Positions 1 through 9,189 of a stretch of DNA of 64,000 bases are shown piece after piece (positions within the stretch are counted from its first letter, which is position 1; each line of letters opens with the position of its first letter). The notes under the pieces were generated by a model that worked only from the letters and a program-made list of their open reading frames with translations, was not told the DNA's origin and searched no databases. The stretch comes from Bacteroidales bacterium. Lineage in GTDB: Bacteria; Bacteroidota; Bacteroidia; Bacteroidales; UBA932. The translations under genes were made by a program, and so were the position numbers. The stretch is from positions 54,520 to 118,519 of the forward strand of contig JALOCI010000003.1 of the NCBI GenBank assembly GCA_023227835.1, in the 5' to 3' direction.

Positions 1-1001
1 AAAATATTATGTTTCAGACACCTTTCTGAATTTAGCAATACATCCTCAAAAGAGAAATTTTTACCATACCTGTGCATCTGTTCAGTGCAGAGGGACTCTG
101 TTCCGAACTCTATATGCTTCAATCCAGATTGTTTAAACAGCTCCAGCAGTTCATCGGTAAGATTGTGCGGAGAGAAGTATGCTCCCCAGTTTATCTTAAC
201 GCCGCTTTTAATAATCTTTTCAGCTAACTCTACATTGTAACTGTTTTGTATATTGAAAACAGAATCAGTAAAAAAAACATAATTGATACCTTTATCCCTG
301 TTTAATCTGGCTAGAGTATCAACTATAAGATCTGTATCCAGGGTTCTTACTTTTCTTCCGTCTATTATCGGATATGAACAGTATATACAGTTGTAACAAC
401 ACCCTCTTTTTGTCTGGATGTTCAACATACCGCTATGCTCCCAGTAGAAATCAGCAAGAGCGTCATCAAAACCAAGTTCCAGTGACTTGAGATAGTTCGA
501 GTGTCCTTTTATCTCTCCCTTTCTGCAATTTCCCTTAATAAGGCCCTCAATTCCATCGGCATCCTCATCTCTGTCCAGCCTATCCAACAGCAATCTGAGG
601 CTCTCCTCTCCTTCTCCTGTTATTCCGTAATCCGGTTTAAGAATTGACATCAGAACTTCCGGAAATATTGAGAAACCGGCACCTCCGAGAATTATTACTG
701 AATCCGAATTTTCCCTTATACAGTCTACAATCTCCTTGTATCCGGGGATAAAACTTGTCCTGTCCAAAGAGTTAGCGCCATCAATATTTCTGAGAGAAAC
801 CCCGACATAATCGAATTTATCTTTTTTTATCAAATCAGACAAGCCGCTTATAGTTAACAGATTCATATCCGCCATAGATATCTCAAGTTCCGGCATATGC
901 CTTGAAAGATATGTATGTAAATAGGATATACCTATCGGATAGACCGGGTACGGATCTGCCAGTCTGTTCGCAGAGACCAATAAAAACTTCCTACCTTTCA
1001 T
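1..1001 (-). CDS. B12-binding-domain radical SAM protein (partial; 3' end runs off the window)
   Basis: Absent from the ORF track because no stop lies in the window. My minus-strand translation from the ATG at 1001..999 reads MKGRKFLLVSANRLADPYPVYPIGISYL... and stays open to position 3. It contains the CxxxCxxC radical-SAM motif (RGCCYNCIYCSYP) after an N-terminal B12-binding-like region. The start overlaps the upstream gene's stop by 11 nt. Confidence 0.75.
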   Translation of the reverse strand, partial: MKGRKFLLVSANRLADPYPVYPIGISYLHTYLSRHMPELEISMADMNLLTISGLSDLIKKDKFDYVGVSLRNIDGANSLDRTSFIPGYKEIVDCIRENSDSVIILGGAGFSIFPEVLMSILKPDYGITGEGEESLRLLLDRLDRDEDADGIEGLIKGNCRKGEIKGHSNYLKSLELGFDDALADFYWEHSGMLNIQTKRGCCYNCIYCSYPIIDGRKVRTLDTDLIVDTLARLNRDKGINYVFFTDSVFNIQNSYNVELAEKIIKSGVKINWGAYFSPHNLTDELLELFKQSGLKHIEFGTESLCTEQMHRYGKNFSFEDVLLNSERCLKHNI

Positions 1002-1902
1002 ATTTCCAAAAATCAAAATAGTTATACCACTGTTCCGGATACTCTCTTACCCTTTCCGAAAGAAGTGCGACATACTCCCCTAGAAGGAGTTTTTCCTTGT
1101 CCTTCTCTTTGCCTCCATTAGCATTCGTATAATCCGAAAGAATAAAATCGAACTTGTATCTTTTATATCCTGTATGCTCGGCAAAATAGAAAACGACCGG
1201 AGCGTTCATTCTTGCAGCAAGTACAAAGGGGCCTAATGGAAATGAAGCCGTTTTGCCCATAAATTCCAGATCATGATGCTTATCGCTCCGGCTTAACCTG
1301 TCACCTTGTATAGATATATACTCACCCTTTGCCAAAGCATCCCTGATTTTGAAGATATATTCAAGCGAATCTCCCTCAATTGGGATTATCCCAAATGCAT
1401 CTATACTTTTATTAACCTCAAGTATCTTTTTAATACTCTGATACTCCTTATCCATCATCAAGACATTCATTTTTTTGCCATACTTGCCAAAAAAAGGAGC
1501 ACCAATCTCCCAGTTACCGAAATGGGCACCGATGATTATAACACCTTGATTGCTGTTTAAGACTCTCTTTACATCATCAGGTTCTTCAAAGTCAAATGTA
1601 TACTCAGCATACTTTCCCTGATTGACGGCAACCTTATCAATCAAAGCCCTTCCAAGCGAGTAGAAGTTTTTGTATATTAAAACCGATGATTTAAGATAAC
1701 CCAGACGGAGTATCTTCCTTGAAAATTTCCAGATGGAGCGTGTCGCAGACGGTGCAAAAGGTATAAAATAGATAACAACAAAAGAGAGAAGAAAATAGGC
1801 GGTCCTAACTCCAAGACACTTTATAATATTTATAAAAATAAGGTATCCGAGTATGCCACCTCTTGATTTTCCGCTCCAGTTTCTTGTATCATTTTGAGCC
1901 AT
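991..1902 (-). CDS. LpxL/HtrB-like lysophospholipid (lipid A biosynthesis-type) acyltransferase
   Basis: 303 aa with an N-terminal TM segment. Overall resemblance to the lauroyl/myristoyl acyltransferase family, including GAHFGNWE. Sits in the position typical of aryl-polyene/flexirubin clusters. Overlaps the ACP gene by 14 nt. Confidence 0.7.
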   Translation of the reverse strand: MAQNDTRNWSGKSRGGILGYLIFINIIKCLGVRTAYFLLSFVVIYFIPFAPSATRSIWKFSRKILRLGYLKSSVLIYKNFYSLGRALIDKVAVNQGKYAEYTFDFEEPDDVKRVLNSNQGVIIIGAHFGNWEIGAPFFGKYGKKMNVLMMDKEYQSIKKILEVNKSIDAFGIIPIEGDSLEYIFKIRDALAKGEYISIQGDRLSRSDKHHDLEFMGKTASFPLGPFVLAARMNAPVVFYFAEHTGYKRYKFDFILSDYTNANGGKEKDKEKLLLGEYVALLSERVREYPEQWYNYFDFWKYER

Positions 1903-2140
1903 CCATTCTGGAATTAATGAACTGATAAAAATCCATGAAGGTTTTTATCTCCGCAAAATCTTTCGCTTTGACAGTAAAACCGAAATTATGCTCTATAAGC
2001 ACAACCATGTCAACAAGGTCGAGACTATCAAGGTCCAAAGTATCCATTAACATTGCATCAGGCTTGATTATAGCCGGATCTACCTCAAATTCCTCTGCAA
2101 GGACTCTGTTTATTTTTTCAATAAGTTCAGGTTCTATCAT
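1889..2140 (-). CDS. acyl carrier protein
   Basis: 83 aa with the phosphopantetheine attachment motif LDLDSLDLVDMV (DSL). Acidic helical protein located between the KS and acyltransferase genes. Confidence 0.85.
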   Translation of the reverse strand: MIEPELIEKINRVLAEEFEVDPAIIKPDAMLMDTLDLDSLDLVDMVVLIEHNFGFTVKAKDFAEIKTFMDFYQFINSRMDGSK

Positions 2141-2145
2141 TTTCT

Positions 2146-3363
2146 CTATAACTTCTTAATAATTAATGTTGAGTTTGTTCCTCCAAAGCCGAATGAATTT
2201 GAGAGGCATGTATCGAAAGGCAATCTCACACATTGATTGTTTATATTCAACTTTGAAGAGGCCTCATCAGGTTTTTCAAAATTTATAGTCGGGGCGATAA
2301 ACGAGTTCTGCATCATAAGCACAGAATATATCACCTCACTTGCTCCGGCCATCCACATCTCATGACCTGTCATACTCTTTGTGGAACCCACATACGGTTT
2401 ATAATCTCCGAATACTTCAGAAATTGCCATCGCCTCATTATAGTCTCCGACCGGTGTTGATGTTGCATGGGCATTGACATATGTAATCTGATCCAAAGCA
2501 ACGTCACTGTTATTAATGGCCATCAGAATGGATCTTTTCGGTCCGTCAACGTTAGGAACCGAGATGTGATCACCATTGGATGAAAAACCATAGGATTTTA
2601 TCTCGGCAAAAATAGGTGCTCCTCTTTTTACTGCAGAATCGTAACTCTCAAGAATCAAAGTTGCAGCCCCTCCGCTAGGTACAAGACCATCCCTGTCAGC
2701 ATCAAAAGGTCTTGAGGCCTCTTTCGGAGAAGTATTTTTCATGGAAAAAGCGCTTAACCCGTCAAAACTGCCTACTGCATAAGGATTGACCTCCTGGGCA
2801 CCTCCGCAAACAATACAGTCCTGTAGTCCTGATTGAATCATCATGAATCCCATACCTATTGCATGAGAGCCACTTGCACAAGCTCCTGCTATTGTAAGAT
2901 TTATACCTTTCAGTTTAAAAATCACAGACAGGTTCATTGTTACAGATGAGTTCATAGATTGAAAAACCGATCCGGAACCTATCAAAGTGGTATTTTTCTT
3001 TTCCCTGAGTATGTCTACCCCCTCAATGACTGCAAGTGCGCTGCTGTCATTTCCGTATAGTATTCCGACCTCATTTTTGGCCAGAAAATCACTGTCGATT
3101 TTTGCCTGCTCCATTGCCCATGATGTCGCAAGATATGCATAGCCAGCCTCCTGAGACATACATAACCTCTTTCTTCTGTCCAGCATATTGCTTAGATTAG
3201 GCTCCGGCAGACTACCTGTCAGGAATGATCTGAACCCCATCTCCTCTCTCAAAGGATCTGCTATAATACCGGACCTGCCCGACATGAGCGAGTCCCTAAC
3301 TGTATCCAGATCTTGTCCGATGCAGGAATAAATTCCCATTCCCGTAATCACTACTCTCTTCAT
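2146..3363 (-). CDS. beta-ketoacyl-ACP synthase (FabF/FabB-like KS)
   Basis: Active-site ACASGSHAIG, then NAHATSTPVGD and SMTGHEMWMAG (Cys-His-His triad context), with C-terminal NSFGFGGTN. I prefer the start MKRVVITGMG at 3363; the track start at 3387 would overlap the upstream KR gene. Confidence 0.85.
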   Translation of the reverse strand: MKRVVITGMGIYSCIGQDLDTVRDSLMSGRSGIIADPLREEMGFRSFLTGSLPEPNLSNMLDRRKRLCMSQEAGYAYLATSWAMEQAKIDSDFLAKNEVGILYGNDSSALAVIEGVDILREKKNTTLIGSGSVFQSMNSSVTMNLSVIFKLKGINLTIAGACASGSHAIGMGFMMIQSGLQDCIVCGGAQEVNPYAVGSFDGLSAFSMKNTSPKEASRPFDADRDGLVPSGGAATLILESYDSAVKRGAPIFAEIKSYGFSSNGDHISVPNVDGPKRSILMAINNSDVALDQITYVNAHATSTPVGDYNEAMAISEVFGDYKPYVGSTKSMTGHEMWMAGASEVIYSVLMMQNSFIAPTINFEKPDEASSKLNINNQCVRLPFDTCLSNSFGFGGTNSTLIIKKL

Positions 3364-3367
3364 ATTT

Positions 3368-4096
3368 CTATGTATAAAGTCCTCCATTAATAGAAATAAC
3401 CTCTCCGGTAATATACGAGGAATCCCCTGATGCCAAGAATCCGACTAAAGATGCCACCTCTTCGGGAGTCCCGAATCTCCCGGCAGGAATTTGCTGCTTG
3501 AGACTCTCCTGATCAAGGTCCTTAGTCATATCTGTTTTTATAAAACCGGGGGCTACAGCATTCACCGTCACTCCCTTCTTGGCAACTTCCTGGGCAAGAG
3601 CCTTGGTTGCTGCTATAACTCCTCCTTTTGCAGCAGAGTAGTTTGTCTGACCTGGTAAACCCTTTATCCCGGACAATGACACAATATTTATAACACGTCC
3701 AAATCTCTTGACAAGCATATCCTTTAACAATAATCTGGTTACATGGAACATCCCGTCCAAGGAGACACCGATCACTTTATGCCAGCTCTCAGGTTCCATC
3801 CATAGCATTAAATTGTCATCTCTTATACCGGCATTGTTCACAAGAACCTCAATATATCCGTCACTGTTCTCTTCCCTCCATTTTTTAATAGCCTCAGCAA
3901 CTTGCAAGTTGTCAGATACATCAAACCTGAGGAGAGAAGCCGATCCACCCATAGCAACAACGGACGCCTGAACTTCACATGCCTCTTTTTCACTACTGTT
4001 GTAATTAATGACGATTGAGTACCCTAATTCAGCAAGCTTCAGACATACAGCACGTCCGATTCCCTTACCTCCTCCGGTCACCAATGCATACTTCAT
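3368..4096 (-). CDS. 3-oxoacyl-ACP reductase (SDR, FabG-like)
   Basis: TGGGKGIGRA Rossmann motif, NNAG, and the catalytic YSAAK (YxxxK). 242 aa. Ends in TAG at 3368..3370. Confidence 0.85.
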   Translation of the reverse strand: MKYALVTGGGKGIGRAVCLKLAELGYSIVINYNSSEKEACEVQASVVAMGGSASLLRFDVSDNLQVAEAIKKWREENSDGYIEVLVNNAGIRDDNLMLWMEPESWHKVIGVSLDGMFHVTRLLLKDMLVKRFGRVINIVSLSGIKGLPGQTNYSAAKGGVIAATKALAQEVAKKGVTVNAVAPGFIKTDMTKDLDQESLKQQIPAGRFGTPEEVASLVGFLASGDSSYITGEVISINGGLYT

Positions 4097-4097
4097 C

Positions 4098-5618
4098 TCA
4101 GTTATTCTTTAAATAATTAACTATTGAGGCTATCTCCCCGTACTTAGGAGTATCATTTACAAAGATAGGGCAAAGATTTCTCATTTCTCCATACACCAGT
4201 TTACTCTCCTCTGAAAGATCATTATGAATTTTCAGAAAATCAACGGCTTGTAAAATAGAAATAAAAAGTATCGAGAGCACCTCAAACGAGTTATCAATAA
4301 TTGTAGAAGCAATAAGGGCAGAGTTTGTCCCCATGCTTACAACGTCCTGATTATCGTTGTTATTGGGAATACTGTGTACATACATAGGGTTTGACAATGT
4401 CTGACACTCAGCAGTCGTGGAGGTAGCAGTGAATTGTGCCGCCTGCATTCCATAATTCAGGCCAAGGACACCCAGGTTCACAAATGGAGGCAGAATACCA
4501 TTTATCTTATCGTGATAGAGGTAATTCAGCTGTCTCTCAGCAAGCATTGTGAGTTTTGTTATGGCTATCTTGAGTTTATCCATCTCAAAGCTTACATAAT
4601 CTCCATGAAAGTTACCGCCATGATATATGTTACATGATTTGTAATCGACAATAGGATTATCATTAGCGCTATTAAGCTCGTTAAGAAGCACTTTAGCAGC
4701 ATTGTCTATTTCATCTGATACCGGGCCCAATATCTGTGGTACACATCTAAGAGAATAATAACTCTGTACCTTTTCTTTAAATACCGGAGCATTATTATTA
4801 CCCGTGTACAACTCTGCCTCTCTTTTCTTAAACCTCCCGGATGTTGCCATCAGCCTTCTTAATTCTGAGGCAATAAATTGCTGTCCGTAATGAGGTTTAA
4901 CCGAGTTTAGCTCCTCTGATACAAAATCATCATAAGATCCGGTTATCTCATTCATCATCAAGGATGACAGCAGAGACCATTTGAGAAGCTTCTTTGAGTA
5001 GTGAAGGTTGACAAGACCAATACCGGTCATCATACTTGTCCCGTTCGCAAGTGCAAGGCCTTCCCGAACATGTATTCTCAACGGTTTCAGATTATATATC
5101 TCAAACACTTTTGCAGAGGCGACTGTCTCACCTTTATGATGAACCATTCCCTCTCCAATAAGAGTAAGTGCTATATGGGCCATTTGCACTAAATCTCCAC
5201 TTGCACCGACACTTCCATGAGCAGGAATTACCGGGTATATTTCAAGATTTATGAAACTTACCATAAGATCAACCAACTCCTTATGTACTCCTGAATAACC
5301 TTTCAGAAAGGCATTCAGTCTTGACAGCAGAGCAGCTCTGACATAAATATCAGGCAGATTCTTTCCAGACCCTGCAGAGTGGCTTCTAATTATGTTGTAT
5401 TGAAGTTCATAAAGGCATTCATCATCAACCCGATACTGGGCCATAGGGCCGAAACCGGTATTTATGCCATAAATCACCTTATCTTTACGGAAGGATTCAA
5501 GAAAATCATAACTCTTGTTTATTTCCTCATATACAGAGTTATCGATTTCTATTTTTTCCCCGTCAATTACAATTCTCCGGACATCATCGAAAGAGATGTC
5601 CCCATTTATTCTCAACAC
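4098..5618 (-). CDS. aromatic amino-acid ammonia-lyase (HAL/TAL family, MIO cofactor)
   Basis: 506 aa. GSVGASGDL contains the Ala-Ser-Gly triad that forms MIO. YGINTGFG and NDNP are family motifs. It is the first gene of the KR-KS-ACP operon, which favours a tyrosine ammonia-lyase role in pigment biosynthesis over histidine catabolism. Confidence 0.85.
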   Translation of the reverse strand: MLRINGDISFDDVRRIVIDGEKIEIDNSVYEEINKSYDFLESFRKDKVIYGINTGFGPMAQYRVDDECLYELQYNIIRSHSAGSGKNLPDIYVRAALLSRLNAFLKGYSGVHKELVDLMVSFINLEIYPVIPAHGSVGASGDLVQMAHIALTLIGEGMVHHKGETVASAKVFEIYNLKPLRIHVREGLALANGTSMMTGIGLVNLHYSKKLLKWSLLSSLMMNEITGSYDDFVSEELNSVKPHYGQQFIASELRRLMATSGRFKKREAELYTGNNNAPVFKEKVQSYYSLRCVPQILGPVSDEIDNAAKVLLNELNSANDNPIVDYKSCNIYHGGNFHGDYVSFEMDKLKIAITKLTMLAERQLNYLYHDKINGILPPFVNLGVLGLNYGMQAAQFTATSTTAECQTLSNPMYVHSIPNNNDNQDVVSMGTNSALIASTIIDNSFEVLSILFISILQAVDFLKIHNDLSEESKLVYGEMRNLCPIFVNDTPKYGEIASIVNYLKNN

Positions 5619-5727
5619 TTTAATCTGTTAGTATTAACCTAGCAAATATAGTCCATATTAGGAAAAATGCCAAATTTATAATTTGTAACTTATTTCTATT
5701 TTGGGTTACTTTGCATAAAAACAAGCG

Positions 5728-7152
5728 ATGACATCCATTCAGAGATCCTTACATCTTTTCGGCGTTACTACAGAAGAATTGAAAATATTAACAGATACGG
5801 CTCTTTCGAAAGGTGGTGAGTACTCAGACCTTTTTTTCGAACACTCAACGGTTGATGAACTGACACTAAGGGATGGAGAAGTTAACGGGGCCGGTTCGCA
5901 TATAGATTATGGAATGGGGGTAAGAGTTATATCCGGAGATCAGACAGGATACGCCTATACCGAGATAACTACCATGAACGAGATGACAAATGCCGCTAAG
6001 GCTGCATCTATTATAGCTCTAGGAAACAAGAAAAGAATACCTGTCACCGATATAACACCTATGGATTTTAAAAATCACTACCCTATTTTAAAATCATGGG
6101 AAGACTCGGATGTCACATCAAGGGCTCCATTCATAAAAGCCCTGAACGATAAAATATTCTCTTTGGATCACAGAGTTAACAAAGTTATTGCGAAACTTAC
6201 CAACTCGACAACCAGCATACTTTTTTTCAACTCTCTGGGGACACTTTGTTCTGACGAAAGACCTATGGCAACACTGTCTGTCACTGTTATAATGCAAGAC
6301 GGATCAAGGGTAGAGAACGGAAGTTCTTCAAGAAGTTATAGGATGGGTTCAGAATTTCTGACAGAAAACCTCATTGACGAAATAGCGCAAGAGGCAGTTA
6401 ACAGGACAGCCATACTTTTTGATGCAGGAGTTCCGGAAGGGGGAGAGATGTCGGTAGTAATGGGAGCCGGCGGTTCGGGCATTCTTTTACATGAGGCGAT
6501 CGGACATGCTTTTGAGGCCGATTTCAACAGACAAAATGTTTCCATTTTTTCTGACAAATTAGGAAAAAAAATATGCTCTTCTGAAATTTCCGTTGTTGAT
6601 GACGGAACCGTTCAAGGGAACAGAGGAGCGGTTAATTTTGACGATGAGGGTGTAGCCGGACAGAAAACGTACATGGTTACCGACGGCTACCTTACTTCAT
6701 ACCTTCACGACAGGATAAGTGCCTCTTATTACAAAACGGCCTCTACAGGAAACGGTCGGAGAGAGTCATTCAGATATATGCCGCTTCCGAGAATGAGAGC
6801 TACTTATATGATTAATGGTAAAAGCAAGGAAGCTGATATCATATCGTCCGTAAAAAAGGGCATTTTCGTCGACAACTTTTCAAACGGGCAGGTTCAGATT
6901 GGCGCAGGGGACTTTACATTCTTTGTAAAATCGGGATACATGATTGAAAGCGGCAAATTAACAAAGCCGATAAAGGATATAAACATTATCGGCAACGGGC
7001 CTAAAGCTCTTGCCGATATAGTGGCTGTGGCAGACAACTCATATATTGACAATGGATCCTGGACATGCGGGAAAGAGCAGTATTGCCCAGTCTCTTGCGG
7101 GATGCCTTCCGTCCTTATCAACAAACTTACAGTAGGAGGATTACAACAATGA
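5728..7152 (+). CDS. tldD: metalloprotease TldD
   Basis: 474 aa with no signal peptide. HExxxH motif in GILLHEAIGHAFEADF. The length and C-terminal GxC region are typical of TldD. Followed by pmbA with an ATGA overlap. Confidence 0.9.
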   Translation: MTSIQRSLHLFGVTTEELKILTDTALSKGGEYSDLFFEHSTVDELTLRDGEVNGAGSHIDYGMGVRVISGDQTGYAYTEITTMNEMTNAAKAASIIALGNKKRIPVTDITPMDFKNHYPILKSWEDSDVTSRAPFIKALNDKIFSLDHRVNKVIAKLTNSTTSILFFNSLGTLCSDERPMATLSVTVIMQDGSRVENGSSSRSYRMGSEFLTENLIDEIAQEAVNRTAILFDAGVPEGGEMSVVMGAGGSGILLHEAIGHAFEADFNRQNVSIFSDKLGKKICSSEISVVDDGTVQGNRGAVNFDDEGVAGQKTYMVTDGYLTSYLHDRISASYYKTASTGNGRRESFRYMPLPRMRATYMINGKSKEADIISSVKKGIFVDNFSNGQVQIGAGDFTFFVKSGYMIESGKLTKPIKDINIIGNGPKALADIVAVADNSYIDNGSWTCGKEQYCPVSCGMPSVLINKLTVGGLQQ

Positions 7153-8489
7153 AACAAGAGAATGAGAGTGAAACAATCCATTTTGCCCTGAAAGCAGCTG
7201 AAAAACATGGCGCAGGTGCTGTCAGAATTACATACAACAAGACCAAACACAGCTCATATACATTCAGAAACGACAAACTGGACAGATTGCAGCAGGCAAC
7301 CGGATCTTCATTATTCCTACAACTATATGTTAATGGAAGATATGGCACTTTCTCCACAAACAGAATGGAGAGAACAGAACTTGAAAGGTTTATAGCTAAG
7401 AGCATTGAGACAACAAAATTACTTACCGAAGATAAACACAGATCCCTGCCGGATACATCTCTCTGTTATAAGGGAGGGGGAACTGATCTTAAGCAATGTG
7501 ACCCGGAGTTTTCCGAAATACCGTCTGAAAAAAAGATAGAAATTGCCAGAATGTGCAATGCCGAAATTCTTGGCAAAGACAAGAGATTACTTAATGTGAA
7601 CAGCGAATACGGGGATTATGAAGATCACACACTGATTGTTGATTCACAGGGATTTTCCGGGACAACAAACCAGACAAACTACACAGTCAGCACCGAATGT
7701 TCCGTTAAGGGAAAAGGCGATTCCAGACCGGAGGGATGGTGGTATGAGAGTTCTCTTTTCTTCAACGACCTAAAAACAGGCGGATGCGGGGAAAAAGCTC
7801 TTGAAAGGGCCATAAACAAGCTTGGGACCAGAAAAATCAAAAGCGGGAAGTATAATATGGTGGTTGAAAACACTATTTCCAGCAGACTGGTCTCTCCGAT
7901 TATCAATGCCCTCAACGGCGCAAATATCCAGCAAAATAACTCTTTTCTCAACGGTAAACTCGGAGAGAGGGTTTTCTCTCCTCTAATGGAAATATATGAT
8001 GAAGCCCACCTTCCCGGGGAATTCGGTTCCAGGTTATTCGATTCTGAGGGCATAGCGACTAAACCAGGCCCCATCATAGATCAGGGAGTAATCAGCACTT
8101 ACTTTATGAATTCATATTATTCGAAGAAAACAGGCATTCCTGTAACGGTAGAATCTCCATCCCTGCCTGTATGCTCAATTTCAGGACAAAGAGGTGTGTC
8201 AAACGAGAATAAGTTGGAACATATTCTGAGAAATACAGGAAAGGGTATCTTCGTAACCGGTTTTAACGGAGGTAACACAAATAGTTCCACAGGGGATTTT
8301 TCATTTGGGATAGAGGGCTTCTACTTTGAGGATGGCTCTATTTTATATCCTGTTTCAGAGATGAATGTAACAGGAAACATAATCTCCCTCTGGAATTCTG
8401 TTCGGGATATTGGAAATGACGCGAGAAAGGCAAGCAGGTGGCTAATACCAACACTATCATTTAATTCCGTAGATTTCAACGGATTTTAG
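7149..8489 (+). CDS. pmbA: metalloprotease PmbA (TldE)
   Basis: The ATG at 7149 overlaps the tldD TGA (ATGA), giving 446 aa starting MKQENESETIHFALKAAEKHGA. There is no HExxxH, as expected for the non-catalytic partner. The track's 7065 start would add 28 aa inside tldD. Confidence 0.85.
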   Translation: MKQENESETIHFALKAAEKHGAGAVRITYNKTKHSSYTFRNDKLDRLQQATGSSLFLQLYVNGRYGTFSTNRMERTELERFIAKSIETTKLLTEDKHRSLPDTSLCYKGGGTDLKQCDPEFSEIPSEKKIEIARMCNAEILGKDKRLLNVNSEYGDYEDHTLIVDSQGFSGTTNQTNYTVSTECSVKGKGDSRPEGWWYESSLFFNDLKTGGCGEKALERAINKLGTRKIKSGKYNMVVENTISSRLVSPIINALNGANIQQNNSFLNGKLGERVFSPLMEIYDEAHLPGEFGSRLFDSEGIATKPGPIIDQGVISTYFMNSYYSKKTGIPVTVESPSLPVCSISGQRGVSNENKLEHILRNTGKGIFVTGFNGGNTNSSTGDFSFGIEGFYFEDGSILYPVSEMNVTGNIISLWNSVRDIGNDARKASRWLIPTLSFNSVDFNGF

Positions 8490-8551
8490 CTAACTCCGGC
8501 CCATTTTAGCACAATTTTTGCATACAAAACAAACATTTAATTATACCACAG

Positions 8552-9082
8552 ATGAAAATTGGCACAAATAAAGTTGTTTCTCTCGCATATACCCTTGAAG
8601 TTGAAGGGGATGTCATGGAAACAGTAACATCAGAAAAACCACTCGAGTTTATTTTTGGAACCGGATACCTTCTTCCTAAGTTTGAGGAGAATGTTTCCAA
8701 CAAAGTTGTAGGTGATGCTTTTGATTTCACTCTCACAGCTTCTGAAGGATATGGTGAAGAGAATCCGGATGCAATTATAGAACTTCCGAAAGACATATTT
8801 AAAGTAGACGGCAAGATTGAGGAGGGACTGCTGACAGTAGGAAATATTCTTCCCATGCAGGACTCTGACGGCAACCGTCTTCAAGGTTCCATTGACGAAA
8901 TCAAGGATGACGTTGTTGTAATGAACTTCAACCATCCACTAGCAGGGGCAGACCTTCATTTCAAAGGGATTGTCGTAGCTGTCCGTGAAGCCTCGGAAAC
9001 CGAATTAGTAAATGGGCTGAGGGGTGAGACAGGAACATCATGCGGTGACGGGGGTTGCTCCGGCTGCAGCGGATGCCACTAA
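8552..9082 (+). CDS. slyD: FKBP-type peptidyl-prolyl isomerase, SlyD-like, with Cys-rich C-terminal tail
   Basis: SlyD-like N-terminus (KVVSLAYTLEVEGD...LEFIFGTGYLLPKFEE) with an insert-in-flap architecture. The tail reads GTSCGDGGCSGCSGCH. Confidence 0.85.
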   Translation: MKIGTNKVVSLAYTLEVEGDVMETVTSEKPLEFIFGTGYLLPKFEENVSNKVVGDAFDFTLTASEGYGEENPDAIIELPKDIFKVDGKIEEGLLTVGNILPMQDSDGNRLQGSIDEIKDDVVVMNFNHPLAGADLHFKGIVVAVREASETELVNGLRGETGTSCGDGGCSGCSGCH

Positions 9083-9154
9083 TCGTAGGCTTGGGTTATA
9101 TTTTGAACCCCAGCCGATATTTAGGTATGTGTTCTAAATAATTGGCAAAAAAAA

Positions 9155-9180
9155 GGCCGGCTAAAATTCGTTAGCCGGCC
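9155..9180. terminator. bidirectional intrinsic-terminator-like hairpin between convergent slyD and tsaD
   Basis: Perfect 10-bp stem GGCCGGCTAA / TTAGCCGGCC (9155..9164 and 9171..9180) with a 6-nt loop. Flanked by an A-run upstream and a T-rich tract downstream. Confidence 0.6.
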
Positions 9181-9189
9181 TTAGAATTT

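Noticed and set aside
7065-7148. The track's longer PmbA start, 28 extra codons overlapping the tldD 3' end.
   Set aside because: The extension is Arg/Pro-rich with no PmbA similarity. The ATG at 7149 forms a classic ATGA stop-start overlap with tldD and gives a canonical PmbA length.
5728-8489. I considered whether the cytoplasmic tldD/pmbA, divergent from the pigment operon, could be a RiPP or pigment maturation protease belonging to that cluster.
   Set aside because: tldD/pmbA are near-universal housekeeping genes with canonical size and coupling. The divergent placement across a 109-nt gap is insufficient evidence of a functional link.
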